From NCBI GenBank assembly GCA_965240325.2, contig OZ251229.1:1612001-1676000 (forward strand): 64,000 bases of DNA. The letters are read 5' to 3'. The DNA is from Rebecca billardiae RCC1528. Its lineage: Eukaryota; Protista; Haptophyta. A program made the position numbers and the translations under genes. Under the pieces are notes generated by a model. That model was not told the origin of the DNA. It saw only the letters and a list, made by a program, of their open reading frames with translations, and searched no databases. Below are positions 22,106 through 32,816 of this stretch, piece by piece; within the stretch, counting starts at the first letter, position 1, and every line of letters begins with the position of its first letter.

Positions 22106-23321
22106 CAGGGTTCGAGAATTTGTACCAAATGCTCCGGCGTTTGGTTTGTAGTACAAATATTTGTAGGAAACTTTGGGTCCAAAGATGTGCCCGGACCCAA
22201 AGTCCCAACACAGCTTTGGCCTTCCCGGACTTGGAACGTACGTAGCTGCGTAGTAGGCTCGAAGCGCTTTCGTGGAGCGGAGGCCGATTGTCGATCTACA
22301 CGCATCTGCGCCTGGTGGTGAACAAGCAGACCGGTGCCCGGTGCGCGGAGGAGGACGTGCTTAAGTCGATCGTGGAGCAGGTTGGCATCGACAAGCTCAA
22401 GTCCGAGGACTGGTCGACGGCCAGGGCTGCACACGACAAGCTCGTCGAGCTGCTGCACGCGGCGCGCGTCACGACGGAGCCGAGCCCCAAGACGAACCTG
22501 CGGGCTTGCTGCACGTGGTGCGGAGCGACGCGCACGCACAACGTGACCGAATGGTCGGCCCACGTCGCCTCGAACTGCTCGCCGTGCCATCCTCTCCGCC
22601 AGGAGTGCGCCTCGAAGATGGTGAACTCGAAGTCGGCGAACCGCAACCTGGGCAACGCGAAGAGGGAGAAGGTGCTCGCGATCAGCAACGAGGCGGAGGC
22701 CGAGGCGAACAAGGCCAAACAGGCAAGGCTGTCAGGCGCGGGCAGCTCTTCCGCTGAGCCGATCCGGCTCGATGGCTCGTCCTCGACGGCGCGCCAGATG
22801 CCGCTCGCGAACTTCCTCGACCGCCAGCTCACGGACGCGGAGGTCAAGGAGATCGACCTGGAGCTGGCGAGGTGGTGCTACGCGGAGGGCATCTCGTTCA
22901 ACGCGATGGCATCCGAGCGGCTTCGCAAGGCGCTCACCAAGCTCAACAGCACGTGGGTCGCGAAGACGCGGCTGACCGACTGGAACCTCCGCCACTCCCT
23001 GCTCGACGACATCGCGGAGGAGCAGGCGATCGCGGCGGCTTGTTGAGCAGCTCCGACGAGGCGCCGGCTCATGTCTCATGAGTAGGATGTCGACGATGGC
23101 GATAACTGACTCCGCTGATCGCGTCACGTCGCCTGACTCAGCGCTGGGCGCCGAGCCGGACCGGGCTGCTGTGGGAGTCCGGTTGCGACCGGATTGCGGG
23201 TGTGGCTCCCGGACCCAAGGCCAAAGATCGGCACCCCAAAGCCCACGGGGAATCTTTGTATTTGTATCATACAAAGTTTGTACCCCAAACGGTTTGTACC
23301 AAATCTTTGTCTCGAACCCTG
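22106..23321 (+). mobile_element. Internally deleted hAT DNA transposon, 8-bp TSD
   Basis: 12-bp TIR CAGGGTTCGAGA / TCTCGAACCCTG, TSD GAGTTCCT (22098-22105, 23322-23329), subterminal TTTGTA repeats at both ends, and a transposase fragment inside. Confidence 0.93.
22288..23046 (+). pseudogene. Truncated hAT transposase N-terminus (BED-like zinc finger plus start of DUF659-like region)
   Basis: CTWC..WSAHVASNC and LARWCYAEGISFNAMASERLRKAL..LRHSLLDD. Stops before the catalytic domain and has no ATG at the ORF start. Confidence 0.75.
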
Positions 23322-23468
23322 GAGTTCCTGCGACAGATTGCTGCGGGCGCGCAGCCGTGCGTCCGTTGGTCCCGGGACCTCTGAAGTCCCGTTGGTCGGG
23401 ACATGTCCAGGCGCGGCCGCCCAGGCAAGTATTCTGATCCCAATCCGATCCTCGTCACGTCCAACGAC

Positions 23469-24272
23469 ATGCCGGCCGTCGCCCCAACCCAGCTCGCTCA
23501 CGCAGCGGCGCGCATCGTCCTCGAGCGGGAGGAGACACTCGCGCCGGAGCGCATCGCGGAGGCGGACGCTCGTATCGAGTCTGCCGAGCGCTTTGACCCC
23601 GAGGAGGCCAAGCAGGCTCTCGAAACCGCAGCGGACTCACTCCAGTGCTTGAACGCTGCAAATTTCAAGGAGCTCGCTTCATACGCTCGGCCGCCGCGTG
23701 CGGTACGCGCCCTGGGCATGGCGCCGTGCGCGCGTGCTTGGCCTTGCCTCCATGCGCGCGCGCCCCGCTTCTCATCGCGTGCATGGGACTGACCGGGTGC
23801 GCGCGCGCTGCCACGCCACGACCCGCGGGCGCGCCTGGCGCAGGTGAAACTAGTGATGGAAGCTACGTGCGTGCTGCTTGGCGTCCCGCCGCGCGTCACG
23901 GTCACCGGAGCCTCGTCGAAGCAGACTGAGGACTACTGGTTCGTTGCACAGCGCCTACTCCGCCAGATGGGCATCCTCTCGCGGCTGGTTCAGTTCGACT
24001 GGCAAGCGGTCACTGAGGAGCAACTGGCACGCGTTGAGGCGATCATGGCGGATGAGGAGCTGCAGCCAGAGGCGCTCAAGAGGAAGTCCAAGGCGGTCGC
24101 TTCGCTGGCTACCTGGGTGCGTGGCATCGTCATGACCTCGCGGGTGCACGCCCAGATGGCGAGCGGGAAGGTGGCCAACAACGCCGCCATCGAGCTCGCG
24201 CGCGCGGAAAAGGAAGCCCTCTGCTCCGACCTCACACATCTGCGCGACGCTGTCACGGACACGGTGGTCTGA
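23469..24272 (+). CDS. Small protein consisting of a dynein heavy-chain microtubule-binding (stalk-tip) domain; intron 23703-23843
   Basis: Spliced LQCLNAANFKELASYARPPRA|VKLVMEATCVLLG..DYWFVAQRLL..LSRLVQFD..KSKAVASLATWVRGI matches the MTBD pattern, flanked by short coiled coils. Confidence 0.75.
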
Positions 24273-25271
24273 AACTGCTGGGCCTGAGGGCGATTCCCTC
24301 TAGCCAGTGTTTGGTACCCGGTTCCACTGGCCGACTGGATACATATCTCCGCCCGCCTCCGAGAGTGTCTCAGCAGTCCTCTAGCCTCTAGGGCTGACCG
24401 GGGCGGAATGTCGTAAGTTACGAGACTGTTCTCGCCTAGGCTGAACAAGCGGAGCGGCCTTGCGGCGGCGCCGCCGCCCGGGCGGCAGCCCCCAGGCGCC
24501 CCCGGCAGGTGCCGCAGACGACGTTGTCGTCAGTCAGACCGCGTCAGCGGTGCCACTGCGGCTAGACCCGTGCTGCCGGGCCAGCCCGCGCCGCAGCCTA
24601 CTACGGTAACGGTCGGAACGGTGATGCCCGATGGTCGGCCCGGGGTATCAACTCACTGCGCTGATGCTACACTTTAGATATAGGCACGCATCACGCATTG
24701 CGCGGAAGACCATGTGCATGGCAGGAAACATCCACATCGGAACCACGTTGTCAGACTTCAATTCCCTGGCTGTGTGATGAGCTTGCCTCGAGTGCTGCGT
24801 GCCCGAGGACTCCGAGGAGTGAGTGTGAGTGTTCATCCTGATGGTGTCCACCCCTCCAGACAGATTCAGGTACCTCTGACGATGCGGGCGCAAGAAGGAA
24901 GTACGCTAGCCTTTTGCTGGGCCTGCCGCAGGAAGCCCAGCCCTTTCCAAAGACGATTGGGAGTCAAGCCTCCAACGTCAGGTGCGCAACGGGCGGCGGA
25001 CGCGGCGGTGACACACAGAGCTTGAGCTCTTCCAAAGCAGCGCGCGACTATCTGTTATCACACACAGCCAACCCCACATGCCCCAGCGGTTCCGCGTCAT
25101 CGCCCGATCAAGCGGGACCGATGCCGAGGATCCAGATGCTCCCCCACCCAGGCCTGGCCACCACTGCACCACATCGATCGCTTTCGGGCGAGATGACCAA
25201 CAACCCATTTCAGGATTTGGGGTGGACCAACCATCAGACCGGACTCGAGTCCTGTGAAGCAGTGCCTCCGC

Positions 25272-26377
25272 CAAGGGAGGTCCGGGCCGGGAGCTCCCAG
25301 CGAGCGGCCAGCGCGACATCACCTCAAGGTTTTTTCCTGAGCGCCGGGCGGCAGCGGCGGCGAGGGCGGTGCTCCGCTGGCGGGGCGCGCACGGGGCACG
25401 GCGCTGCGGGCGCGGATGTGCCCGCAGAGCCGGCGCGTGCGGACGGGCTGTTGCGGGAGAGCATCTGGCGCCCTCCTGCGCCGCGCGCATTGCGCCACGC
25501 CTCTTTCGCCTTGACTCAGGGCAGCGCGCACATGCGCGCCGCGTCAAGGCCAGCCTTGCCGCGCCGCAGCCGACCGCGCGCGCGCCGTGCGCGGCGTGGT
25601 CGGGAAGGAACGGGCGTGGCTGCCGGGCGAGATGGCGACATCACGTGCGCACGCCATGCCGCCCCGCCACGCCTTGACGAGCGTGTCGCCGGTCCGTTTG
25701 CACGCCTCTTCGAGTTGTCTCAAATGGTCTGCACGGCCTCGCGGTCGCGACCCTTGTCGGGACGATCATTGAGACACAGAACAGTGCCAGACGGGCACGC
25801 GGACTACTCTTACATGAATGTCCATCACCACGTGGCCATGTAGAAGTGCTGGGTGCGACGCTTTCCTCGCGCTGATGCACTTTCATCATCTTTTTCGAGC
25901 TCAGGTCTGGCTTCAGGCACGGCAAGAAATCAGCACTCGTCAACAGCTGTGCGGATCCGTTATCGCGCCCTTTCGCGGCGCCGCGGGACGACATGGCGTG
26001 CGCACGTGATGTCGCCATCTCGCCCGGCAGCCGCGCCCGTTCCTTCCCGACCACGCCGCGCACGGCGCGCGTGCGGTCGGCTGCGGCGCGGCAAGGCTGG
26101 CCTTGACGCGGCGCGCATGTGCGCGCTGCCCTGAGTCAAGGCGAAAGAGGCGTGGCGCAATGCGCGCGGCGCAGGAGGGCGCCAGATGCTCTCCCGCAAC
26201 AGCCCGTCCGCACGCGCCGGCTCTGCGGACACATCCGCGCCCGCAGCGCCGTGCCCCGTGCGCGCCCCGCCAGAGGAGCACCGCCCTCGCCGCCGCTGCC
26301 GCCCGGCGCTCAGGAAAAACCTTGAGGTGATGTCGCGCTGGCCGCTCGCTGGGAGCTCCCGGCCCGGACCTCCCTTG
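25272..26377. mobile_element. Foldback non-autonomous transposon, CAAGGG...CCCTTG ends, ~390-bp inverted arms, 7-bp TSD
   Basis: Arms ~25272-25667 and ~25983-26377 are near-perfect reverse complements. TSD CCTCCGC on both sides. Confidence 0.9.
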
Positions 26378-26562
26378 CCTCCGCTCGGGCTGGGCAGGCG
26401 CTGATGCAGCCGCTCCGCTGGGCGCGAGATTTGAGATTATTGGACCCGCCCTTCCCGCTCGGAGATTCGGTGCCGCCCGCTCGCGGTCCGCGCATTCGGC
26501 ATTCATTGTCATCAACCTCCGTCTGGGGGTGCGAGCGTGCGCTGCATCAGCAGATACTCACG

Positions 26563-27753
26563 ATGGCAAGTGGCGGTGGCGTGCGTGACAGCGCGGACGA
26601 TGTGGACTCCGTGAACTACCCCACGCTTGGCCGCTTCGTCATGGCGAACACCAACGACCAGGAGCTCACCATCCTGATGAACGCGCTGGCGCTCGCGTGC
26701 AAGGCGACCGCGCGCGCGTGCCGCAAGGCGGGCATCGCCAATCTGTTTGGGCTGGCGGGCGAGCAGAACGTGTCGGGTGACGACCAGAAGAAGCTCGATG
26801 TCCTCTCCAATGACATCTTCATCAACGCCCTCGTCAACTGCCACGCGTGCGCCGTGCTCGTCTCGGAGGAGAACGACGATCCAATCATCGTGCCGGCGGA
26901 GAAGCAGGGCAAGTACTGCGTCGCATTCGACCCGCTGGACGGCAGCTCGAACATCGACTGCAACGTGTCGACGGGGACCATCTTCGGCGTGTACGAGAAG
27001 ACCACCCCTGGCCCGGGCATGACCAGCGACATCCTGCGCAAGGGCAAGGATCTCGTTGTCGCTGGCTACTGCATGTACGGCGCGGCGACCGAGCTCGTCA
27101 TCTGCTTCCAGGGGCGCGGTGTGCACCGCTTCGCGCTCGACCCGTCGCTCGGCGAGTTCATCCACACCGACGCGCTCCTCACCATCCCCGAGGGCGGCGG
27201 CAAGAAGATCTACTCGTGCAACGAGGGCAACGCCGCGCTGTGGGACGAGCCGTGCAAGCAGGCCGTCAACTTCTTCAAATCGGGCGACAAGCCATATGCG
27301 CAGCGCTACGTCGGCTCGATGGTGAGCGACGTGCACCGCACGCTGCTGTACGGAGGCCTCTTCCTCTACCCCGCCGACACCAAATCGCCCAACGGTGCGG
27401 CGCGAGCACGCGCCGTGGTCGCCGCCGCCGCCCGCTGCGCGCGCGTGCGCGCGCCGGGCGCGCGGCCGCCGCCTCTGCCGACGCGCACGCTCACACACCG
27501 CGCTGCGCACGCCCGCTCACCGCCCCGCTCTCGGCGCGCAGGCAAGCTGCGCGTGCTGTACGAGGGCTTCCCGATGGCCATGATTGTGGAGGCCGCGGGA
27601 GGTGTGGCGTCGACCGGCATGTTCCTGGGCAACATCCACCGCATGATGGACCTCGAGCCCAAAGACGTGCACGAGCGCTGCCCGGTGATCCTCGGCTGCA
27701 AGCGGGACGTGGACATCGTGCTCGACTTCTATGCCAAGGCGGCGAAGAAGTGA
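26563..27753 (+). CDS. FBP: Fructose-1,6-bisphosphatase class I, cytosolic type; intron 27395-27541
   Basis: Motifs GDDQKKLDV, VSEE, FDPLDGSSNIDCNVSTGTIF, RYVGSMVSDVHRTL and G|KLRVLYE. No targeting presequence. Confidence 0.96.
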   Translation: MASGGGVRDSADDVDSVNYPTLGRFVMANTNDQELTILMNALALACKATARACRKAGIANLFGLAGEQNVSGDDQKKLDVLSNDIFINALVNCHACAVLVSEENDDPIIVPAEKQGKYCVAFDPLDGSSNIDCNVSTGTIFGVYEKTTPGPGMTSDILRKGKDLVVAGYCMYGAATELVICFQGRGVHRFALDPSLGEFIHTDALLTIPEGGGKKIYSCNEGNAALWDEPCKQAVNFFKSGDKPYAQRYVGSMVSDVHRTLLYGGLFLYPADTKSPNGAARARAVVAAAARCARVRAPGARPPPLPTRTLTHRAAHARSPPRSRRAGKLRVLYEGFPMAMIVEAAGGVASTGMFLGNIHRMMDLEPKDVHERCPVILGCKRDVDIVLDFYAKAAKK

Positions 27754-28157
27754 GCGGCCGGGTCGGCGGCGGGCGCGCGCGCCCGTCCGCAATGCTGCGG
27801 ACGGGCGTGACGCGCGCCAGCGCGGCGTGTGGGCGAGGGGTGCGCCGTGCTTGGCTGGCCTGACATCTGGATGAATGAAACTCTACGCCTCCGGTCGTCA
27901 TGACGACGGAAGTCGGAATTGCCGCCTTCGTGTGGGGCCTCGCTGATTAGCCCGCCCGCAAGATGCGCGCCAAATTTCGTCAGTGGACGGCCTTCTGGAT
28001 ACCCGGCTTGTGTATTTGGGACACGTCGAACGTTGCAAGCTGAAAGCGCGGCTTTCAGGCTGGTCAGCAGCAGCAGGCCGCGCGCCCAAGCAAGCAGCGC
28101 GCCTTTCGGCTCGGCGCCGAGCTCGCTGGGCCGATCGCTGTCGCCGCGCAATCAGCG

Positions 28158-29621
28158 ATGATGCTCGCTCGTGCGCTCCTTGTGCTCGGCGCGGTGGCGC
28201 CGGCGGCGTGCTACTCGTCGCCACGCGCGCTCGGGCGCGTGCCGGTGGCCAGCGCCCTCGGCGTGCGCCCGCGCACGCACGTCGCTCGCCGCCCGCTCGC
28301 CGAGCTCGCGCCGGCGCCGGTGGCACGCGTGCACATGTCCGACGCGGCGGCGTCGTCGGACTCGAGCGGCGGGCTGGCGCAGACGCTCAAGGTTGGCGTG
28401 CTCTTCGGCGTGTGGTACGCGTTCAACATCGTCTACAACATCTCGAACAAGAAGATCCTCAGCGCCTTCCCGTGCGCGCAGCCGCGCGTCCGCGCGCGCC
28501 ACGCGCCGCGCGCCAGGCTTGTGCACAAAAGTTGACGGGCGTGCGCGCGCGTGCGTACATGCCCGTGGCTCGCGCTTCTGCGACGGCGCGGCACCCGACT
28601 CGCGCGCGTGCGGTGCAGCTTCCCGTACACGATGGCGGTTCTCCAGCTCTTCATCGGCCTCTTCTACCTCGTGCCCCTCTGGGCGTCGCGGCTGCGGCCA
28701 GCGCCCAAGCTGAGCGCTGACGACGTGAAGGGGCTGGTCCCGGTGGCGAGCATGCACGCGATCGGCCACCTGATGACGGTGATCTCGCTCGGCGCGGGCG
28801 CGGTCTCGTTCACCCACATCATCAAGGCCGCCGAGCCCTTCTTCTCCACCGTCATGTCCGGGATCTTTCTCAAGAGCTTCTTCCCGATCCCGGTGTACCT
28901 GACGCTGCTGCCGGTCGTCGGCGGCGTGGGGATCGCCTCGCTCACCGAGCTCTCGTTCTCGTGGCTCGCGTTCGGCACGGCGATGGGCTCGAACACCGCG
29001 TTCTCGATGCGCGCCATCTTCTCCAAGATGGCGATGGAGAAGCCCAAGGTGCGCGCGCGCGCACCCGACGCGGCGGCGGCAGCGGGGTGGCGTGCCCCTT
29101 GTGGCGCTGCGCCACGGCGCGCCCCGGCACGCGGTGCGCCGGGTGCGCTCACACCCCCTCGCTGCGCTGCCGCCGACGCCTGGCCCTTTGTCTCCCGCTG
29201 CGCGCGCGCGCGCACACGCGCACACCAGGGCGAGAACATGGGCGCGGCCAACCTGTACGCGGTGCTGACCATCATGTCCTTCATCGGCCTGCTTCCGGTC
29301 GCGCTGATTGCGGAGCCGCCGTCGGTGCTCAAGGCCGGCTGGGACGCGTCGATCGCCGCGGGCAACTCGGCCAAGTACCTGATCAACACGGGCCTGCTGT
29401 CGGGGCTGAGCTACTACCTGTACAACGAGGTGGCGTTCCTCTGCCTGGACAACGTGCACCCCATCACGCACGCCGTGGGCAACACGATCAAGCGCGTCGT
29501 GATCATCCTCGCGTCCGTTGTCGTGTTCGGCACGCCGATGACGCCGCTCAACAAGCTCGGCTCCTCGCTCGCCATCTTTGGCGTGCTGCTGTACTCGATC
29601 GCCAAGAACTATTTCAAGTGA
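28158..29621 (+). CDS. Plastid triose-phosphate/phosphate translocator family; exons 28158-28471, 28619-29048, 29229-29621
   Basis: Signal peptide plus transit-like leader. Motifs WYAFNIVYNISNKK, AVSFTHIIKAAEPFF and THAVGNTIKRVVII. Confidence 0.93.
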
Positions 29622-29941
29622 GAGCCTCGCAGACGGCTGCGTGCCGGCGCAGACGGTCCCCATGGGGGCGAGAGAGGGCGGCGCCGAGGCCGACGGCGGG
29701 CCGCGGACTCACCGGTCACCGACCGTGGCGCCGAGTGGGAATCCCGGGCCGCTGGCCACTGCCGCCGTGAGCGTGCGTGAAAAGTGCGTCGTCAATGTAT
29801 GGCGTTGCTGATTTGAATTAAATCTGTCTCTGTTCTGATGTTTGCGCGCGCGATGATGGCTACTCAGTGAGGTCTGATACAGACCGAGTACGTTCACAGA
29901 CTTCACGACAGTCACTCTGCCCGCCACTGGCAGCACGCATT

Positions 29942-30047
<106 letters not shown>

Positions 30048-30412
30048 ATGAATCTGTCATTGACGTACCCCGGTTACCGGTACCGTCGTACGTGACGTAC
30101 GTCAACGTGTAACGTGACCGTGTCACTCCGCACCGTGTCGTTCGACGAAGCGTCGTCGGACACGGGACAGACGTGAGACGCCAGAGACGGACAGTGTCAG
30201 CAGTGACACTGACAGTCGTGTCGTCAGTGAAACTCGTCATCACTCTCTGAGATCATATAATAAACTGACGACGAAAGTGAATTGCCCGATGAGCCCCCGG
30301 GCGCCCGGCAGGCCCGGGCGCCCCGAGCCCCGCCAGGGCGAGTCACTAGCTACGGAGTACGGGCTGAGCGCTGTGACTCAACAGTCTGAAGTCTTGGCAG
30401 TAGCCCACGCGG

Positions 30413-32606
30413 TCACTGCACGCAGCACAGCAATGCGCCCGCCGTCGCGCCGCCGAGTGCGAGCGCGCCCGCCGCGACCGCGCCGCGCGTCTGCTCGCGC
30501 GAGACGCGCGCGCGGTAGCCCTCGTCCTCGGCATAGCGGTGCGCGTCGATTGCCGCGTCGCTGCGCGCGCGGGCGAGCGGGAGCAAGGCCGCGCGCGCCA
30601 CCGCGCCGCCGCCACGGCGTGTGGCGGCGCCGGCCGCGCTGCCCGCCGGCGGCCACGGTATGCGCGTGCCCTGCGCCCCGAGCGCAGGCAGCGGGAGCAC
30701 GCGCGCCGGCTGTGAGCCCAGGTCGGTGGGAAACCCGCCAGCGTACGCGGGCGGCGCGTGGTGCGGCGCATCGCACGCGCCGGGCGCGGCGGCGGGGGCG
30801 GGCGCCTCCGGCGGCACGACGAGCGCGTCTGGCGCGGGGTGCGCCGCGCACGCCTGCGCGAGCGTCGGGAGCCGCGCCCAGCTGTCGCCGGCTGGCAGCT
30901 CGACAGAGCCGTCCAGCGCGCGCGCCGCCTCGCGCAGGCGCTCGAACGGCAGCAGGGACGCGGGGAGAGCGCGCTCGACGCGCGCGCGCGCCAGGACGTC
31001 GACGAGTGTGCGCACGTGCTGCGTGTCGTGTAGCGCGCGGAGAAACGGACGGTCGGCGCGCGGCCGGCGCGCGAGAGCCGCCTCGAGCGCGGCGGCTTCG
31101 GACTCGGTCCGCCGCCAGCCGCGCCGGGGCGCGTCTGTGCCGCCGCCGCCGCTCGCGCCGCCGCTCTGCGCTGGTGCGGGGGCCGGCAGCAGCGCATCCA
31201 GACCGCAGAGCAGGGAGGCAATGGCGGTTGCGACCAACCGCTGCACTCGCGCGTCGTCGGGCGGCGGCGCGCGCGGCGCGCCCGACGGCGACGGCGGCGC
31301 GTCCGCGGGGAGCAGCCGGAGCAGCTCGGCACGCAGCCACCTGCGCTCGCGCAGCGGCAGTGTCGACGGCGCGCCGCCGTCCACGCGGCCCCGGTCTAGA
31401 TGCACCCACACGCAGCCCTCGGCGCCGCCGCCGCCGTGAGGGATGATGGATCCGGCGCGCATCAGCTGCTCGAGCCTGCACGGCGCGGCGCACGCGGGGC
31501 ACGTGGCCGCCGAGCGGGCGTCAGCACCCGCGCCGTGCGCACGGCGCACCTCTCGCGCGCCGGAGCCCCCCACCACGCCCCCGCGCTCCGGCGCGCGCGC
31601 GCGCGCGCGAGCGCGCGGTGGCGTGGGCGCGCACGCCGCAGCACCTGAGGCCTAGGAGTGCAGGGAAGGGCGTGTGCAGCGTCTCGAGCATGCTGGAGGG
31701 GAGCAGCGGCACGAGCACGTTCTGCCACACCAGCGGGTACAGCAGCGTCTGCGCCGCGAGCACCGCCTTCGCCACGCGCTCGTGCCGCGCGCCCACCATC
31801 ACCACCTTCCGCTCCAGCAGGAGAGCGCCCAGCGTGGCGAGCAGCGCGTCTGTCGACAGGGCGCCGGTGAGGCAGGCGAGGTCGTGCTGCGGGGGCGGGA
31901 GGCAGGACGGGGGCACCCACGCGCCCAGCTCGATCGCCACGCCCGCCGCGTGCAGCACCACCGGCGGCGCGCCCGGCTGCGGCAGCGGCGCGTTCGCGCA
32001 GACGTGAGCGACCGAGCACGCGAGCGAGATTGCAATCTCGTGGGCCCAGCCGGCCGCGGTCGGCAGCGCGCCGCCGCCGGGGTCCCGCGCGGCGGCGAGG
32101 GCGTGCAGCGCGCGGAGGAGGCGCTCCATCGGCCGCGCGCACTCCGCGCGGCACAGGATGCAGATCGCCATCGGCGCCGACCAGCCGCCCGCGCCCTCCG
32201 CGCCCGCGCCCGCCGCCGTCGCGAGCGCGTCCGTCACTGCAGCCCAGAACGTGAGCACGTACCCGTGCAGGCGCGCAAAGTCGTCGCGCGTGAGGACGAA
32301 GGCGGCGAAGCGCGGCACGTGCAGCTCGCCCGCGCTCACGCGCGCCAGCCGCACGCCATCCGGGAAGCAGAAGAGCGGCAACGCAGCTGCGGCCTGCGCG
32401 CGCGCCGAGCCCGGCGCTGCCGGCGGGTGCGCGCCGAGCGTGCTCGGCGCAAAGACGCGGTCGGCGAGCGGCAGCGCGCGCGAGTGCGCCTCCATCGCAG
32501 CCACCTGCGCGGCGACTCCGTCGCGCGACACGCCCACCACCGCGAACGCCTCCACCAGCCGGCGCGCGTCCACCTCCGCGTCGGCCGCGCCGAGGTCCGC
32601 CGCCAT
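30413..32606 (-). CDS. DENN-domain protein (Rab GEF family); intron 31476-31644
   Basis: uDENN LVEAFAVVG..LPLFCFPDG..FAAFVLT; cDENN LLLERKVVMV..LLYPLVWQNVLVPLLP..TPFPALLG; dDENN-like PFLRALHDTQ in exon 2. Confidence 0.85.
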
Positions 32607-32816
32607 GGTTGTGGCCTCAGCGGGCAAATTCGACGAAGCCCCGCGCGGAAGATCCGTGACCTGCCGGTGCCGTGACGACAAGATTATTGAATGATGATTG
32701 ATGAGCCGACTGAAGGATCCCGCCTCATCCCGGCCTTCCCGGGCGCGAAGTCCGCCGCGAACCGTCGCGTTGGGTTCGACAATCGTGGCGGGCCGCTACC
32801 CTTCACAACCCGCACG

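Noticed and set aside
24640-25260. Lower-GC stretch as a gene or TE remnant
   Set aside because: No recognisable protein motif, TIR or TSD found.
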